Shown in pieces: positions 1 to 10,108 of a DNA stretch of 64,000 bases. Each line of letters starts with the position of its first letter. The stretch's first letter is position 1. Both the position numbers and the translations under genes were made by a program. Under the pieces are notes generated by a model. That model was not told where the DNA came from and did not search any database. It saw only the letters and a list, made by a program, of their open reading frames with translations. Origin of the DNA: Myxococcales bacterium (GTDB lineage: Bacteria > Myxococcota_A > UBA9160 > UBA4427); NCBI GenBank assembly GCA_022563535.1, contig JADFNE010000019.1, positions 3,386-67,385 of the forward strand, read 5' to 3'.

Positions 1-396
1 GTAGACCCGTTGTGCTCCCGCGTACTGGCGCAACTTGACAAAGAGCACGCAGCCATCGCGGGAGAAGGGAGCGTGCCGGAAGCCCTCCGGATTCAGCAGG
101 TGAGTGCCGGCAGGCCAATCGCCGTGCTCATCCGAGAACACGCCCTCGAGCACGAAGATCTCTTCACCATCGGGGTGGTCGTGGATTGGAAATGCGGCGC
201 CTGGCTCGTAGCGAACGACCGATGTCACCTGTCCTGACTCGGCATCACCCACCAGGTGGAGACGTTTGCGCCAGACCGTGCCACTGGGGCTCGCCTGCCA
301 CTCGATTTCCGGGGTACGCATTACCGCTCGATGCGCCATGTCGCCATTGAGAGATGCTGGAGCCCGGATCTCTTGGCTGCCTGCTTCGTCGTTCAT
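1..396 (-). CDS. ChrR-like cupin domain protein (3' end runs off the window)
   Basis: Manual minus-strand translation from the ATG at 396: MNDEAGSQEIRAP...VRYEPGAAFPIHDHPDGEEIFVLEGVFSDEHGDWPAGTHLLNPEGFRHAPFS. The pattern is cupin-like and the frame stays open to position 1. It lies about 40 bp downstream of the flavoprotein gene on the same strand. Confidence 0.6.
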   Translation of the reverse strand, partial: MNDEAGSQEIRAPASLNGDMAHRAVMRTPEIEWQASPSGTVWRKRLHLVGDAESGQVTSVVRYEPGAAFPIHDHPDGEEIFVLEGVFSDEHGDWPAGTHLLNPEGFRHAPFSRDGCVLFVKLRQYAGAQRVY

Positions 397-439
397 CACA
401 GCGACCTCAGCTGAAATTGCGGATGCCTTCAAGCCGATT

Positions 440-2083
440 TCATGCCACCGGCCCGAACGACTCCGAGTGTATGCGTTCCGGCGAAACATCGCGTTGCTCC
501 AGGTGTTCGTAGATTGCGGCCATCCATTTACTGGGGCCGCAGAGGTAGAAATCTGCCTCATACGAGTTCAGCAGCGCATCCAGCCTGTCGCCATCGACAC
601 GACCTTCCAGATGATCTGCGTCTCGGGTCACGTCCCCGGGAAGTGGGCGGCTGTAACTCACACGAACCTTTACGTTGGGCGCCGCTTCCGCAAGATTGCG
701 CACTTCTTCGTCCAGGGGATGCTGCGTTGAGTTGCGGGCGCCGTGGATGAACCAGATGGGTTTGGTCTCGCCCCGGTCGATCAGAGCGTGCAGCATGCTC
801 ACCATCGGCGTGATCCCGACTCCAGCACTGAGTAGTACGCTCGGTCGCGATGTTTCCTTCGCCAGCGTGAAGTCGCCAGCGGGTGCACCGGCAATCAGCG
901 TATCACCCACCTCGACTACGTCGTGCAAATGACGGGACACTGTCCCCATTGATTCCCGCTTGACGGTGATGCGATAGTACGGGTCGCGAGGATCATTGGA
1001 CAACGAATAAGTCCGATCGACTGCGGCATCGTGCCCAGGGATTTCGAGCTTCACCGGCAAATGCTGTCCGGCCATGAATGAATCGAGTTCCCCGCCCGCG
1101 ACCGGCTCGAGAACGAAGGAGGTCACGTCCGCGCTCTCCTTCAGCTTGGAGGCAATACGAAGTTCGCGACCCGAATGGGTCTGGCTATCCCAGCGCAGGG
1201 GAATTACAGCTGTTTGTTCAAGAACCTCTGCCACTTGAAAATGGATCAACCGCTGGGCGCCAGGGAACTGAGCAAGTTGCGGGCCCGCATCTTCAATCCG
1301 GGCCCGCCCCGTGAGTTGGAGCAGGTTTCCAGCTGCGAAATCCACGAAGAGGAGTCCGACTCTCGGATCCATCAGTAGATTGCCAACCGTATTGAAGTGG
1401 TTGTTGCCCGCGTAGTCCGGGAACACCAGGCTCTGGGCACTGTCTACCCGAACAAACCCCGGATCCCCGCCGCGGTGGGACGCATCCATTCCGTACGCTG
1501 CGCTCTCGCCTTCTCCCCGGTAGCCCGTCGCAATGAAGAAAGTGTCGGCCGTCTCGATGATTTCACGGAAGTGGCGGGTAAGCTGGAGATGACGCACCGG
1601 AACTGCCTTCAGAGCCACCACGGGTACGCTTCTCCAGCCGCGTTCATGGATGTACTGGGGGCAATTGCCGAAGGCTTGACCGACGGCGAGTTCCAGACCT
1701 TTCCCGTCCCGATGGCTGACGCGCCCATTCAGCCGGTTGCGCCTTCGGGTACTGAACTCGAGGCCCAGGAGCCCGAGATCTGATCCCTCCACAAGGCTAT
1801 CGACAAGCGGATCACTCGCAGGCGGCAATGCATCAATGCGCAGCGCACCGGGGTGGGGCGAGTGAGCAAATCCAACAGCTCCGGTCAAGAGTGTCGCCCA
1901 GGGCTGACCGTCCGCATCGCGCGCCGCAGCCACTAGGAAAGGCAGTTCGGCGTAGAACTCGCGATGCTGCTCGGGCAACGTGCTGCGTACCACCTTGCGG
2001 GCCCACGGCTCGATCTCGGCCCGCACACCGAGCTGTGTCTGAACCGTTTGCTCACCAGCATGAAACGGCGATGGGACGGACAT
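440..2083 (-). CDS. Flavoprotein oxidoreductase: PNPOx-like FMN-binding domain fused to a ferredoxin-NADP reductase-like FAD/NAD domain
   Basis: 547-aa ORF. The N-terminal half is pyridoxamine-phosphate-oxidase-like (FFIATGYRG...GGDPGFVRV...NNHFNTVGNL). The C-terminal half has the FNR motifs RTYSLS (FAD) and LLSAGVGITPMVSML (NAD). No 2Fe-2S cysteine cluster is visible. Confidence 0.75.
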   Translation of the reverse strand: MSVPSPFHAGEQTVQTQLGVRAEIEPWARKVVRSTLPEQHREFYAELPFLVAAARDADGQPWATLLTGAVGFAHSPHPGALRIDALPPASDPLVDSLVEGSDLGLLGLEFSTRRRNRLNGRVSHRDGKGLELAVGQAFGNCPQYIHERGWRSVPVVALKAVPVRHLQLTRHFREIIETADTFFIATGYRGEGESAAYGMDASHRGGDPGFVRVDSAQSLVFPDYAGNNHFNTVGNLLMDPRVGLLFVDFAAGNLLQLTGRARIEDAGPQLAQFPGAQRLIHFQVAEVLEQTAVIPLRWDSQTHSGRELRIASKLKESADVTSFVLEPVAGGELDSFMAGQHLPVKLEIPGHDAAVDRTYSLSNDPRDPYYRITVKRESMGTVSRHLHDVVEVGDTLIAGAPAGDFTLAKETSRPSVLLSAGVGITPMVSMLHALIDRGETKPIWFIHGARNSTQHPLDEEVRNLAEAAPNVKVRVSYSRPLPGDVTRDADHLEGRVDGDRLDALLNSYEADFYLCGPSKWMAAIYEHLEQRDVSPERIHSESFGPVA

Positions 2084-2088
2084 CAGCC

Positions 2089-2700
2089 TTACTCCTTTCC
2101 GGGCTTGACTGGAATCGGTGTCGCGCCCGGTCGTTTCGCGAGACGCTCGATCCAGGCCCGAACGTTGGGATATGCGTCGAGCTCAACGCCTCCGTCGGGT
2201 GCCAGGGCCAGGTAGCTGTAGTTGGCGATGTCGGCGATGGTCGGAGTGTCCGACACGAGAAAGGATCGATCCGCGAGGTGTTCCTCGAAGCGCTCGATTA
2301 CCGCGTGCGCGCGCTCCTGTGCTTCGGCGAGATCACCGTTGGCACCGAACACTGTGATGAGTCGTGCGAAGGCCGGACCGTTGGCGACATCGGTGCTGGC
2401 GGTGGCAAGCCATTCCTGGACTTTTGACTCTCCTTCCGCGTCGAGCGGTAGCCATTCACCGTGGCCGAATCTCCGGCCGAGGTAGACGAGAATTGCGCTC
2501 GAATCGCGCACGACCACGTCTCCGTCGACCAGGACCGGGACCTGGGCGAAGGGATTCAAGGCCAGAAACTTCTGACTGCGCTGTTCGCCTGCCAACAGGT
2601 CTACGTCGATGAGTTCGTGCTCGACGCCGAGCAGGGAAAGGAGGTTGCGGACCTTGTGTGAATTGCCGGAAAGATAGAAGTCATAGAGTTGAATCGTCAT
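2089..2700 (-). CDS. Glutathione S-transferase
   Basis: 203 aa. The N-terminal thioredoxin-like GST fold is recognisable (LYDFYLSGNSHKVRNLLSLLGVEHELIDVDLLAGEQRSQKFLALNPFAQVPVLVDGD). An AAGGA RBS lies about 9 nt upstream of the ATG. Confidence 0.85.
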   Translation of the reverse strand: MTIQLYDFYLSGNSHKVRNLLSLLGVEHELIDVDLLAGEQRSQKFLALNPFAQVPVLVDGDVVVRDSSAILVYLGRRFGHGEWLPLDAEGESKVQEWLATASTDVANGPAFARLITVFGANGDLAEAQERAHAVIERFEEHLADRSFLVSDTPTIADIANYSYLALAPDGGVELDAYPNVRAWIERLAKRPGATPIPVKPGKE

Positions 2701-2760
2701 TTTTGAATCCTTTGGGTGTGCGGTTTAGTTGTGGCCGGCGCGGCCATGTCACCCAATAAA

Positions 2761-2775
2761 GCACGAGGCATGCCA
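2761..2775 (-). promoter_or_regulatory. Candidate sigma-54 (-24/-12) promoter for the GST operon
   Basis: The minus strand reads TGGCAT-GCCTC-GTGCTT. The GG and GC elements have the canonical spacing (consensus TGGCAC-N5-TTGCW). The motif ends 60 nt upstream of the GST ATG and faces away from the sigma-54 activator gene. Confidence 0.45.
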
Positions 2776-2865
2776 ACTGAGCATAAAACACACTAAATTA
2801 GTAATATCCGTTAGTTACGAATACATTTGCCGATCCGTAATCCATGCGAAATGTAGAGAATCAAT

Positions 2866-2894
2866 GAAATTTCGTGTCTAATTACGAAATTTCG
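2866..2894. promoter_or_regulatory. Two GAAATTTC palindromes; candidate upstream activator sites and autoregulatory operator
   Basis: tGAAATTTCg (2866-2873) and CGAAATTTCG (2885-2894) have centres 20 bp apart. They lie about 100-120 bp upstream of the -24/-12 motif and 15 bp upstream of the activator ATG. A third half-like copy, GCGAAATG, is at about 2847. Confidence 0.4.
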
Positions 2895-2908
2895 CGTATT
2901 TTTTGTAA

Positions 2909-4540
2909 ATGGAACTGACGGCGGAGCGCTTCAAAGGGTTGCTGCTCCAAATAGTGGGGGAGTGCGATCTCGACACCTTGCTTCGGGTGATCGTGAGCGA
3001 ACTCGCCGACGAGAGCGATGTCGCCCTGGCTCGGATCTGGCTCATCAGGCCGGGGGACATTTGTGCCAGCTGCCCGAGGCGCGACGATTGCCCCCAACAC
3101 ACCGCGTGCCTGCATCTGGTTGCCAGTGGCGGAACACCTCTGAATGCGACGACCCCAGCCGGCGAAACCCTTGACTGGACCCGCACCAACGGGAACTTCC
3201 GCCGCTTCCCCCTGGGCGTTCGCAAGATTGGGCGCGTCGGCACAGGAGAAACTGTTCGTATCGAAACAATCGAAGGCAACGAAGCTTGGCTCGCCGATCC
3301 CGAATGGGCGACCCGAGAGCAGATCCGCGGTTTCGGAGGCGTCCCCCTGACCTATTCCGGTGAAGTCCTGGGCTGTCTCGGCGTCTTCACCAGAAGCGAT
3401 TTTTGCGAGGACACTCTCGAATGGATGCGGATCGTCGCCGATCATGCGGCGGCCGCCATTGCCAACGCAAGGGCCTTCCAGGAGATCGAAAGTTTGCGCG
3501 GCGAACTCGCGCTCGAGAATGAGTATCTCCGCGAGGAGGTGAGCGAAGCGAAGTCATTGGGTGCGATCGTCGGCACCAGCGCATCGCTTGCCAGCGTTCT
3601 CCAGCGCATCGCATTGGTCGCACCCACTGACGCGACCGTACTGATTCAAGGAGAGTCGGGGACCGGCAAGGAACTCGTCGCTCGCGAGATCCACCGTCTC
3701 AGTGAGCGCGCCGAACGACCGCTGATCCAGGTGAACTGCGCCGCCATTTCGCGCGAACTCTACGAAAGCGAATTCTTCGGTCACGCTCGCGGCGCCTTTA
3801 CCGGGGCAACTCGTGAGAGAGCCGGGCGCTTTGCCGCGGCCCATGGTGGAACACTCTTCCTGGACGAAGTAGGAGAGATCCCACTCGACTTGCAGGGCAA
3901 GCTTCTCCGAGTGCTCCAGGAGGGAAGCTATGAACGTGTGGGTGAAGAGCAGACCCGAGAGGTGGACGTTCGCATCGTGGCTGCGACCAACCGAGATCTG
4001 CGCGCCGAAGTGGCAGCGGGGCGCTTTCGCGAGGATCTCTACTACCGGCTCGATGTGTTTCCAATTGAAGTTGCACCATTGCGCGAACGCCGCGAAGACA
4101 TCAGTGCGCTGGCGGACCACTTTATCGCCCGGACGGCGCGTCGACTCGGACGGCGCGTTCCAAGACTCGACGGGAAGAGCTACGCGGCACTGCGGGGCTA
4201 CGACTGGCCGGGCAACGTTCGCGAACTTCAGAACGTGCTCGAGCGGGCGATCATCACATGGCGCGGCGGGCCGCTGCGAGTCGATCTAAAACTGTCATCG
4301 GCAACACGTACAAGCGGTCAAAAAGTGTCGTCGTCAACAAGTGATGCCGATCGGGTCGGCGAGTCGCCGATCCTCACCGATCTCGAATTGCGAGACCGCG
4401 AGCGCGAAAACATCGAAGCCGCACTTCGTCGCACCCGCTGGAAAATTGCGGGGCCGGGCGGGGCCGCGGAGTTGATTGGGGTCCGACCTTCGACTCTCGC
4501 CTCACGCATCAAGAAGTTGGGGGTGGAGCGCCCAATCTGA
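2909..4540 (+). CDS. Sigma-54-dependent transcriptional activator with an N-terminal GAF domain
   Basis: 543 aa. It has Walker [24 protein letters not shown] (intact GAFTGA loop), Walker [12 protein letters not shown] and GNVRELQN, plus a C-terminal Fis-type HTH. The N-terminal ~170 aa are GAF-like and carry a C-x2-C-x5-C-x5-C cluster. Confidence 0.9.
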   Translation: MELTAERFKGLLLQIVGECDLDTLLRVIVSELADESDVALARIWLIRPGDICASCPRRDDCPQHTACLHLVASGGTPLNATTPAGETLDWTRTNGNFRRFPLGVRKIGRVGTGETVRIETIEGNEAWLADPEWATREQIRGFGGVPLTYSGEVLGCLGVFTRSDFCEDTLEWMRIVADHAAAAIANARAFQEIESLRGELALENEYLREEVSEAKSLGAIVGTSASLASVLQRIALVAPTDATVLIQGESGTGKELVAREIHRLSERAERPLIQVNCAAISRELYESEFFGHARGAFTGATRERAGRFAAAHGGTLFLDEVGEIPLDLQGKLLRVLQEGSYERVGEEQTREVDVRIVAATNRDLRAEVAAGRFREDLYYRLDVFPIEVAPLRERREDISALADHFIARTARRLGRRVPRLDGKSYAALRGYDWPGNVRELQNVLERAIITWRGGPLRVDLKLSSATRTSGQKVSSSTSDADRVGESPILTDLELRDRERENIEAALRRTRWKIAGPGGAAELIGVRPSTLASRIKKLGVERPI

Positions 4541-4554
4541 CGAGGAGGATCGAT

Positions 4555-4710
4555 CAAGTGTGCCCGGCTGGCTCTGTCGGGGCGAGAGGCAGTCGTACCG
4601 CAAACTTGGTTCCGGCCGAGCTCGATTCGCAATCGATCGTCCCGCCGTGCTTATCGACAACCACTGACCGCGAGATCGTAAAACCTTGCCCCGATGCCAG
4701 ATTTCTCGTG
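4555..4710 (-). pseudogene. Relic of a histidine-kinase C-terminus (HATPase_c G2 box to stop)
   Basis: Manual minus-strand translation gives ...RNLASGQGFTISRSVVVDKHGGTIDCESSSAGTKFAVRLPLAPTEPAGHT*. This matches the GxGLGL...HGG.I...S..G.GT.F...LP end of sensor kinases. No upstream kinase sequence or start codon is present, because the frame is closed by a stop at about 4771. Confidence 0.35.
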
Positions 4711-4785
4711 GCACGGACAACCCGTGGTGATTGGGCTCGTGGCCAGTACGAAGGACGCTAGTGCGACGATCTACTAGTCGTTGCT

Positions 4786-5616
4786 TCAGCTGGCGCCGTC
4801 GCGAATGCTCGCCGTCGCATCTTTGCCGTAGATGTAATCGCCAACCCGTCTCATCCAGGCTTGCTCTTCGGCATCCATCGGACCCAGTTCGAGGGCCGCG
4901 AGCGCCTCTCTCATCTGGGCTGCGTTGTCTGGGCCCGCGAGACAAAGGTCGACATCAGGGTTGGAGATGGCGAAGCGGTAGCAGTCGGTACCGGTCGGTG
5001 TGCGCTCGCCCGGGGGCGTCTTCGCTGCGTCACAGAGTTGGCCCCAGCTCGTGGTCGTGTAGGTCACAACGCCGGGTCGCTCGTCTTCGGGCTTTGCTTC
5101 GAGAACCGGAAAAACGTCATTCTCGGCGCCGCGGTGCACCGCATTGTAGCGGACGTGCCAGATCGAATAGGTGTCGTCCTCGAGCAGGGTAGGGAAGAAC
5201 CTGCGACGATGGCTCGAGATTGCGATCGATCGAATTCGTTCTCGATGCTTCAGTTCGAGCGCTGCGTCGACCACACTGCGAGGCGGCGGTGAGTTGTACC
5301 AGCCGAGCAACAGCACGTCGCCGTGGTCGATTCCGAGCTTGCGGATTGCGCTTTCGACCGATCGATTGAGATGCCAGCCCCATCTCGAGTAGCTCTGTAG
5401 TACAACACTGATCTCTTCTCGTTTCTGACGCGAAATCTCTCGGATCGCGGTGGCCATCAAGCTGCGACGGTAGCTACCCCAATAAAAGTAATTGACGCCC
5501 CGCTCAAACGCTTCGAGATAGCTGGCTGCGGGGGCCCCGAACGACGAGCCAAGGCCGAGCTTGGAAACCCGCAGGCCGCTCCGCCCCAGGGTGGTGCGTT
5601 CGGGAAATCCGCTCAT
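4786..5616 (-). CDS. Aldo/keto reductase family oxidoreductase
   Basis: The ORF 4786..5730 is trimmed to the ATG at 5616, which is preceded by an AGGGGG RBS. The N-terminus MSGFPERTTLGRSGLRVSKLGLGSSFG is typical of AKRs. Confidence 0.85.
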   Translation of the reverse strand: MSGFPERTTLGRSGLRVSKLGLGSSFGAPAASYLEAFERGVNYFYWGSYRRSLMATAIREISRQKREEISVVLQSYSRWGWHLNRSVESAIRKLGIDHGDVLLLGWYNSPPPRSVVDAALELKHRERIRSIAISSHRRRFFPTLLEDDTYSIWHVRYNAVHRGAENDVFPVLEAKPEDERPGVVTYTTTSWGQLCDAAKTPPGERTPTGTDCYRFAISNPDVDLCLAGPDNAAQMREALAALELGPMDAEEQAWMRRVGDYIYGKDATASIRDGAS

Positions 5617-5845
5617 CTTCAGCCCCCTAGTGTTGTGGTGCATTGCAGATGCTAGCCAAAACGCTGGACCGTGTAGTGGGGTGGGTCGCGAATTGGGTGC
5701 GGATCTGCTCGTGTTTGACAATCCGCACAACGCTTCAATCCCCGAAGATGGTACTCTTGGCTCAGCAGCAGTGCATGGCTCAAAAATCCATGTACTTCGA
5801 TGGTAGAAAATGAAGCACTTCCCCGTTTCCGTACGAGGTTATTCC

Positions 5846-6523
5846 ATGTGGCTCAACAAGTACGCGCTCTCATGCTGTGGCGTTTGTATTCTGCTGGTTC
5901 TTGGTTTTGCGAGCACAGGCGGGGCCGAAGGCCTGCCCGAAGTCAGCGCGCGGCCGCCTTGGATGCTGCACGATCAAAACCGCGACAGTGAAACCGGCTA
6001 CGCACTTTACAAGCGAAAGCCTGTGGGATCGGACTATGACGCATTCCGATTGGAAGCCATCATCGACTCTCCGCCCAGAGTTGTCGCAGCGGCAGCGGCA
6101 GGGAACATTGCTGACCCCGAACGGAGTCAGAAGAACATGGACAAGAAAATCCTCCGCGACGATGAAAATGGGATGATTGTCTACAGCTATATCCACATCA
6201 ACGCACCTTTTGTCGCGGATCGCGACGTCATCTCCCACATTGATCGCTCCTACGATGCGGCAACAGATACCCACATGATTTCTTGGCGAGCTACGGATGA
6301 AGGGCCTGCCCCGATCGACGGCGTGACTCGCGTGTCCCGTTCCGAAGGTTCCTGGACCTTTTCGCCCGAAGCAGGCGGCAAGACCCGGGCGGTCTACGTC
6401 AGCCATACCGAGGTCGATGGCTTTGTCCCGGTCTGGATCATCAACGCCACGATGAGAAGAACGATGGTCCAAGGGCTAAAAGGGCTTCGTGAGTCGGTTG
6501 CTCTCGTGCGGCAATCTGAATAG
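5846..6523 (+). CDS. Secreted START/SRPBCC-like lipid-binding protein
   Basis: There is a signal peptide (MWLNKYALSCCGVCILLVLGFASTGGAEG) after a GAGG RBS. The layout is START-like, but the assignment rests on overall pattern only. Confidence 0.55.
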   Translation: MWLNKYALSCCGVCILLVLGFASTGGAEGLPEVSARPPWMLHDQNRDSETGYALYKRKPVGSDYDAFRLEAIIDSPPRVVAAAAAGNIADPERSQKNMDKKILRDDENGMIVYSYIHINAPFVADRDVISHIDRSYDAATDTHMISWRATDEGPAPIDGVTRVSRSEGSWTFSPEAGGKTRAVYVSHTEVDGFVPVWIINATMRRTMVQGLKGLRESVALVRQSE

Positions 6524-6587
6524 TCGGGATTCCACCGAACCTTTCCTGGTGGGCGCCCTGGCGGTGGATTTCAATACCCGCGAGTAA

Positions 6588-7336
6588 CTATTCGATGAAC
6601 GGGGCATCGCCAAGCGGAGCGCGGACTGGCTTCTCGAGGGTTCCAAACATCCAGTCGTAGATCATCGTCAAAGTGGCGTAGTTTCCCTGGTCCATGTCGA
6701 TGTGATGCGCGGCGTGAACTGACGTGATGTAGTCGACGGTCTTGAAGGGAAAGTAGGGCAAGTTGACGTAGGTGTGATTGAGGGTGTTGAGTTGGGTGAA
6801 GACCAGCGTGGCGAAGACTGCTGATACCACATGGAGCGGACCGCCGCCCAGGAATCCGATCAGCGGGATCATCATCAGGAACAAGCCGAGCCCAATAATG
6901 GTCTCGAGAGGATGCACGTACAGCGCATCGATAAAGGTCGGCTGGCGCGCCTGGTGGTGCAGAGCGTGAAGCTTGCGCATGAGTCTTCCATGAAAGATGA
7001 AGCGGTGTGTCAGGTAATAGAAGAAATCGAACACCATCAGCACGGCAAGGATGTCGACCAAGTGCCGCCAGATGGGACGCGGCGCCAGATTTACGCACCA
7101 GGGCAAGATCACGACAAAGAAAACCAGATTGGTGATCAGCCCGGCCTTGTTGTTGATCTTGACCGCATCGCGGAAGCGTTTGCGGGACAACTTCTCTTTG
7201 TCCACTTCTCGGTTCATTTTCAATGCACGCTCGAACGCTGGGATCTTGAACACCAGAGCCTTACCCGCCACGGTCACCACGGACAAGCCGCCAACAAACA
7301 GCAGGGCTGCGATCCAGTCGTAATGCAATTCGCTCA
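6588..7336 (-). CDS. Fatty acid hydroxylase / sterol desaturase family membrane protein
   Basis: Histidine boxes are present: HRFIFH, HALHH and HAAHHIDMD, with several TM helices. I chose the start at ATG 7336 (MSELHYDW, GAGGACGGAG upstream) rather than 7577, which would overlap the divergent gene. Confidence 0.8.
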
Positions 7337-7450
7337 TGTCGGCTCCGTCCTCAACTCGCATTTCGAGGAGCTCAGCCAGATGCGCTGCATCTCCGCTCGG
7401 GCTCCTGCCTGTCGAAGATAGGAGAGCGGCTCGCATTTGGTCAGTGTTTC

Positions 7451-9001
7451 TTGACATTCTTGTCGCGGATGGATTATCACGAGACTGCCACGTCTGCTGG
7501 TATCGTCTACGTGAGCCAGCTGAGGAATGGGATCTTGAGCGGAACCGACGAGCGTAGGCGAAGTCTCCGGGTTGCAATCATCGGCGCAGGCCCGGGGGGG
7601 CTGTGCATGGCGAGTCAGCTCAAGCTGGCGGGCTTCGAGGATATCGTGTTGCTCGAAAAGAGCGACGGAGTGGGGGGCACCTGGTACTACAATCGCTATC
7701 CGGGCTGTGCCTGCGACATCCCATCCGGTCTCTATTCGTTCTCCTTCGAGATCAAATACGACTGGTCGCGTCCCTACGCTCCTCAACCCGAAATCCGCAC
7801 CTACATGGAAGAGTTCGCCAAAAAATACGACTTGATTCGCCACTGTCGTTTCGAAAGTGACGTCACCCGTGCTCGCTGGGATGAAGAGCGCGCATGTTGG
7901 ACGCTGGAACTCCGTTCGGGGGACTGCGTGGAAGCGGAAGTGGTCGTCAGCGCAGTGGGGATGTTCAATGAACTGAATTGGCCGGAGCTCGAGGGACTCG
8001 AAACTTTTTCAGGCACGAGCTTTCACTCCGCGCGCTGGAATTGGGATCACGATCTCACTGGCCAGCGGGTTGGCGTGATCGGGAGTGCGGCGAGCGCCGT
8101 TCAATTCGTGCCCGAGATCGTCGAGGAGGCCGGTCAGGTTTACCTGTTTCAGCGCACAGCCAACTGGGTTCTCCCGAAGCTCGACGATCCCTACACCGAA
8201 GAACAGCTCGAGACATTCCGCAGGGATCCGAACGTCTCGGCGGCGATTCGCGATCAGATCTTTCAAGTCGTCGACGAGGGCATGACGTTTTCGAACCCCG
8301 ATACACTGGCTGGGTTCGAGGCGGCAGTGCTCGGTGCAATCGAGGGCATCGAGGACGAACAATTGCACGGCAAGTTGCGACCCACGCATCCCTTCGGATG
8401 CAAGCGACCGCTGCTATCCAACCGTTTCTACCCCGCATTCAACCGGCCGAACCTCGAATTGGTGACCGACGGAATCGAACGCATCACCAAAAATGCCATT
8501 GTCACCGTAGACGGAACGGAGCGTCCGGTAGATACGCTGATCATGGCAACCGGGTTTTCAACCACCAAGTACTTGTCGGCGATCGACGTGACCGGGCGGA
8601 ACGATCGACACATCGATGAGGCGTGGAGCGATGGCGCACGTGCCTACCTTGGAATTGCCACCGCAGGTTTTCCAAATCTCTTCATGCTCTACGGACCCAA
8701 CACCAACAACGGATCGATCCTCACGATGATCGAGGCCCAGGTGGGCTACGCGTTAAAGCAGATCGAGCGGATCGTGGGTGAAGACCTCGCATGGATGGAT
8801 ATTCGGTCCGAGCCGATGGAGCGCTACAACGAGGAGGTCCAGCAGGCCATCGCCGGAATCAAGGTGTGGCAGGCGGGTTGCAATGGCTATTACCGAACGC
8901 CGAGCGGCCGGGTCGTCACGCAGTGGCCATTTTCCATGAGCGAGTTTTGCGACCGCACGGTCGACGCGGATCCCGATGTGTTCGAAGTCGCCCCCCGCTA
9001 A
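7451..9001 (+). CDS. Flavin-containing / Baeyer-Villiger-type monooxygenase
   Basis: It has VAIIGAGPGG (FAD), GGTWYYNRYPGCACDIP and a second dinucleotide motif GVIGSAASAV. The true start may be the in-frame TTG at 7535, which follows AGGAA. Confidence 0.85.
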   Translation: MTFLSRMDYHETATSAGIVYVSQLRNGILSGTDERRRSLRVAIIGAGPGGLCMASQLKLAGFEDIVLLEKSDGVGGTWYYNRYPGCACDIPSGLYSFSFEIKYDWSRPYAPQPEIRTYMEEFAKKYDLIRHCRFESDVTRARWDEERACWTLELRSGDCVEAEVVVSAVGMFNELNWPELEGLETFSGTSFHSARWNWDHDLTGQRVGVIGSAASAVQFVPEIVEEAGQVYLFQRTANWVLPKLDDPYTEEQLETFRRDPNVSAAIRDQIFQVVDEGMTFSNPDTLAGFEAAVLGAIEGIEDEQLHGKLRPTHPFGCKRPLLSNRFYPAFNRPNLELVTDGIERITKNAIVTVDGTERPVDTLIMATGFSTTKYLSAIDVTGRNDRHIDEAWSDGARAYLGIATAGFPNLFMLYGPNTNNGSILTMIEAQVGYALKQIERIVGEDLAWMDIRSEPMERYNEEVQQAIAGIKVWQAGCNGYYRTPSGRVVTQWPFSMSEFCDRTVDADPDVFEVAPR

Positions 9002-9052
9002 CCTTTCCTGGGCGTGCGATCCCCAACCTCAGGAAGTTGTCGAGGCGAGCCC

Positions 9053-9919
9053 ATGACCCGAGAGAAACCAGTTGCCTTCGTGACCGGCGCTAGCCGTGGG
9101 ATCGGGAAGGCCGGCGCCCTGGCGCTCGCCGAGGCTGGCTATGACGTCGTGATTACGGCTCGCACGGTCGCGCCCGGTGAGAAATACGAATACGGCTCGA
9201 CAGTCATCGATTCGGGCACCCCCCGATCCATGCCCGGCAGCCTCGCAGAGACCGCCGCACTGATCCGCGAGCGAGGGGGCGAGGCCTTGCCCATTCGCCT
9301 CGACTTGATGGACCGCAGGAGCATTGATGCAGCGGTCAAAGAGGCCCTGGCTAGCTGGGGACAGATCGATGTCCTTTACAACAACGGCATCTACCAGGGC
9401 CCCGGAGTGATGGATGGGTTTCTGGACCTCCCCCAGGACAAACTCGAATTGGTGTTCGAGGGAAACTTCTTCGCGCAGTTCTATCTCACGCGTCTGTTGC
9501 TCGATCAAATGCTGGAGCGCGGGGAGGGCACGATTGTCAACATGACTTCGGGCGCCGCGTCGAGCGACCCCAAGTTTCCGACCGGGAAAGGGGGCTGGGG
9601 CTTTGCGTACGGTGCTTCCAAGGGTGCCCTGCATCGGATGGTCGGCATGATCCACGTCGAACTGAATCCGCGCGGGATCCGGGCCTACAACATTGATCCC
9701 GGGCACGTACCCACCGAGGCCCTGCGCGAAATACTCGGCGAAGACAGCGCCGTATTCCGGATGCAAGTTGAACACGGTACTCCGGCCGAAGTCCCGGCGG
9801 CTATGCTCGTCTGGATCCTCACCAGTGATGAGGGCCGGGCGCGCAGTGGCGAGACGTTCATCGCGCCGGAGTTTTGCGCGGAACGCGGACTCGTACCCGG
9901 CTGGCCCAAAAAGACTTGA
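9053..9919 (+). CDS. SDR family oxidoreductase
   Basis: VAFVTGASRGIGKA (the TGxxxGxG motif), NNG, and YGASKGAL (the YxxxK catalytic motif). The start is set at MTREKP. Confidence 0.85.
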   Translation: MTREKPVAFVTGASRGIGKAGALALAEAGYDVVITARTVAPGEKYEYGSTVIDSGTPRSMPGSLAETAALIRERGGEALPIRLDLMDRRSIDAAVKEALASWGQIDVLYNNGIYQGPGVMDGFLDLPQDKLELVFEGNFFAQFYLTRLLLDQMLERGEGTIVNMTSGAASSDPKFPTGKGGWGFAYGASKGALHRMVGMIHVELNPRGIRAYNIDPGHVPTEALREILGEDSAVFRMQVEHGTPAEVPAAMLVWILTSDEGRARSGETFIAPEFCAERGLVPGWPKKT

Positions 9920-10108
9920 TCGCACCCGCGCTCCAACTTGTGCGATCCACATCAAGTGGGACCGGTCGCCCGAAGACTTCGCTCCGGACGAGGCGCGGGA
10001 AAACGTCGTCGCTTTTCTGGTAAACGCTCTCGCGCATCAGGCCTAGGTGCACCTATCCTGTGCCAGGCAGGATAAACCCTCTCAGCGAGCAAGGACACGT
10101 TCAAGAGC

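Noticed and set aside
6588-7577. Extended 329-aa version of the fatty-acid hydroxylase ORF
   Set aside because: The first ~80 codons lack membrane or His-box features and overlap the divergent monooxygenase ORF. An internal ATG at 7336 with a good RBS gives a protein of typical size.
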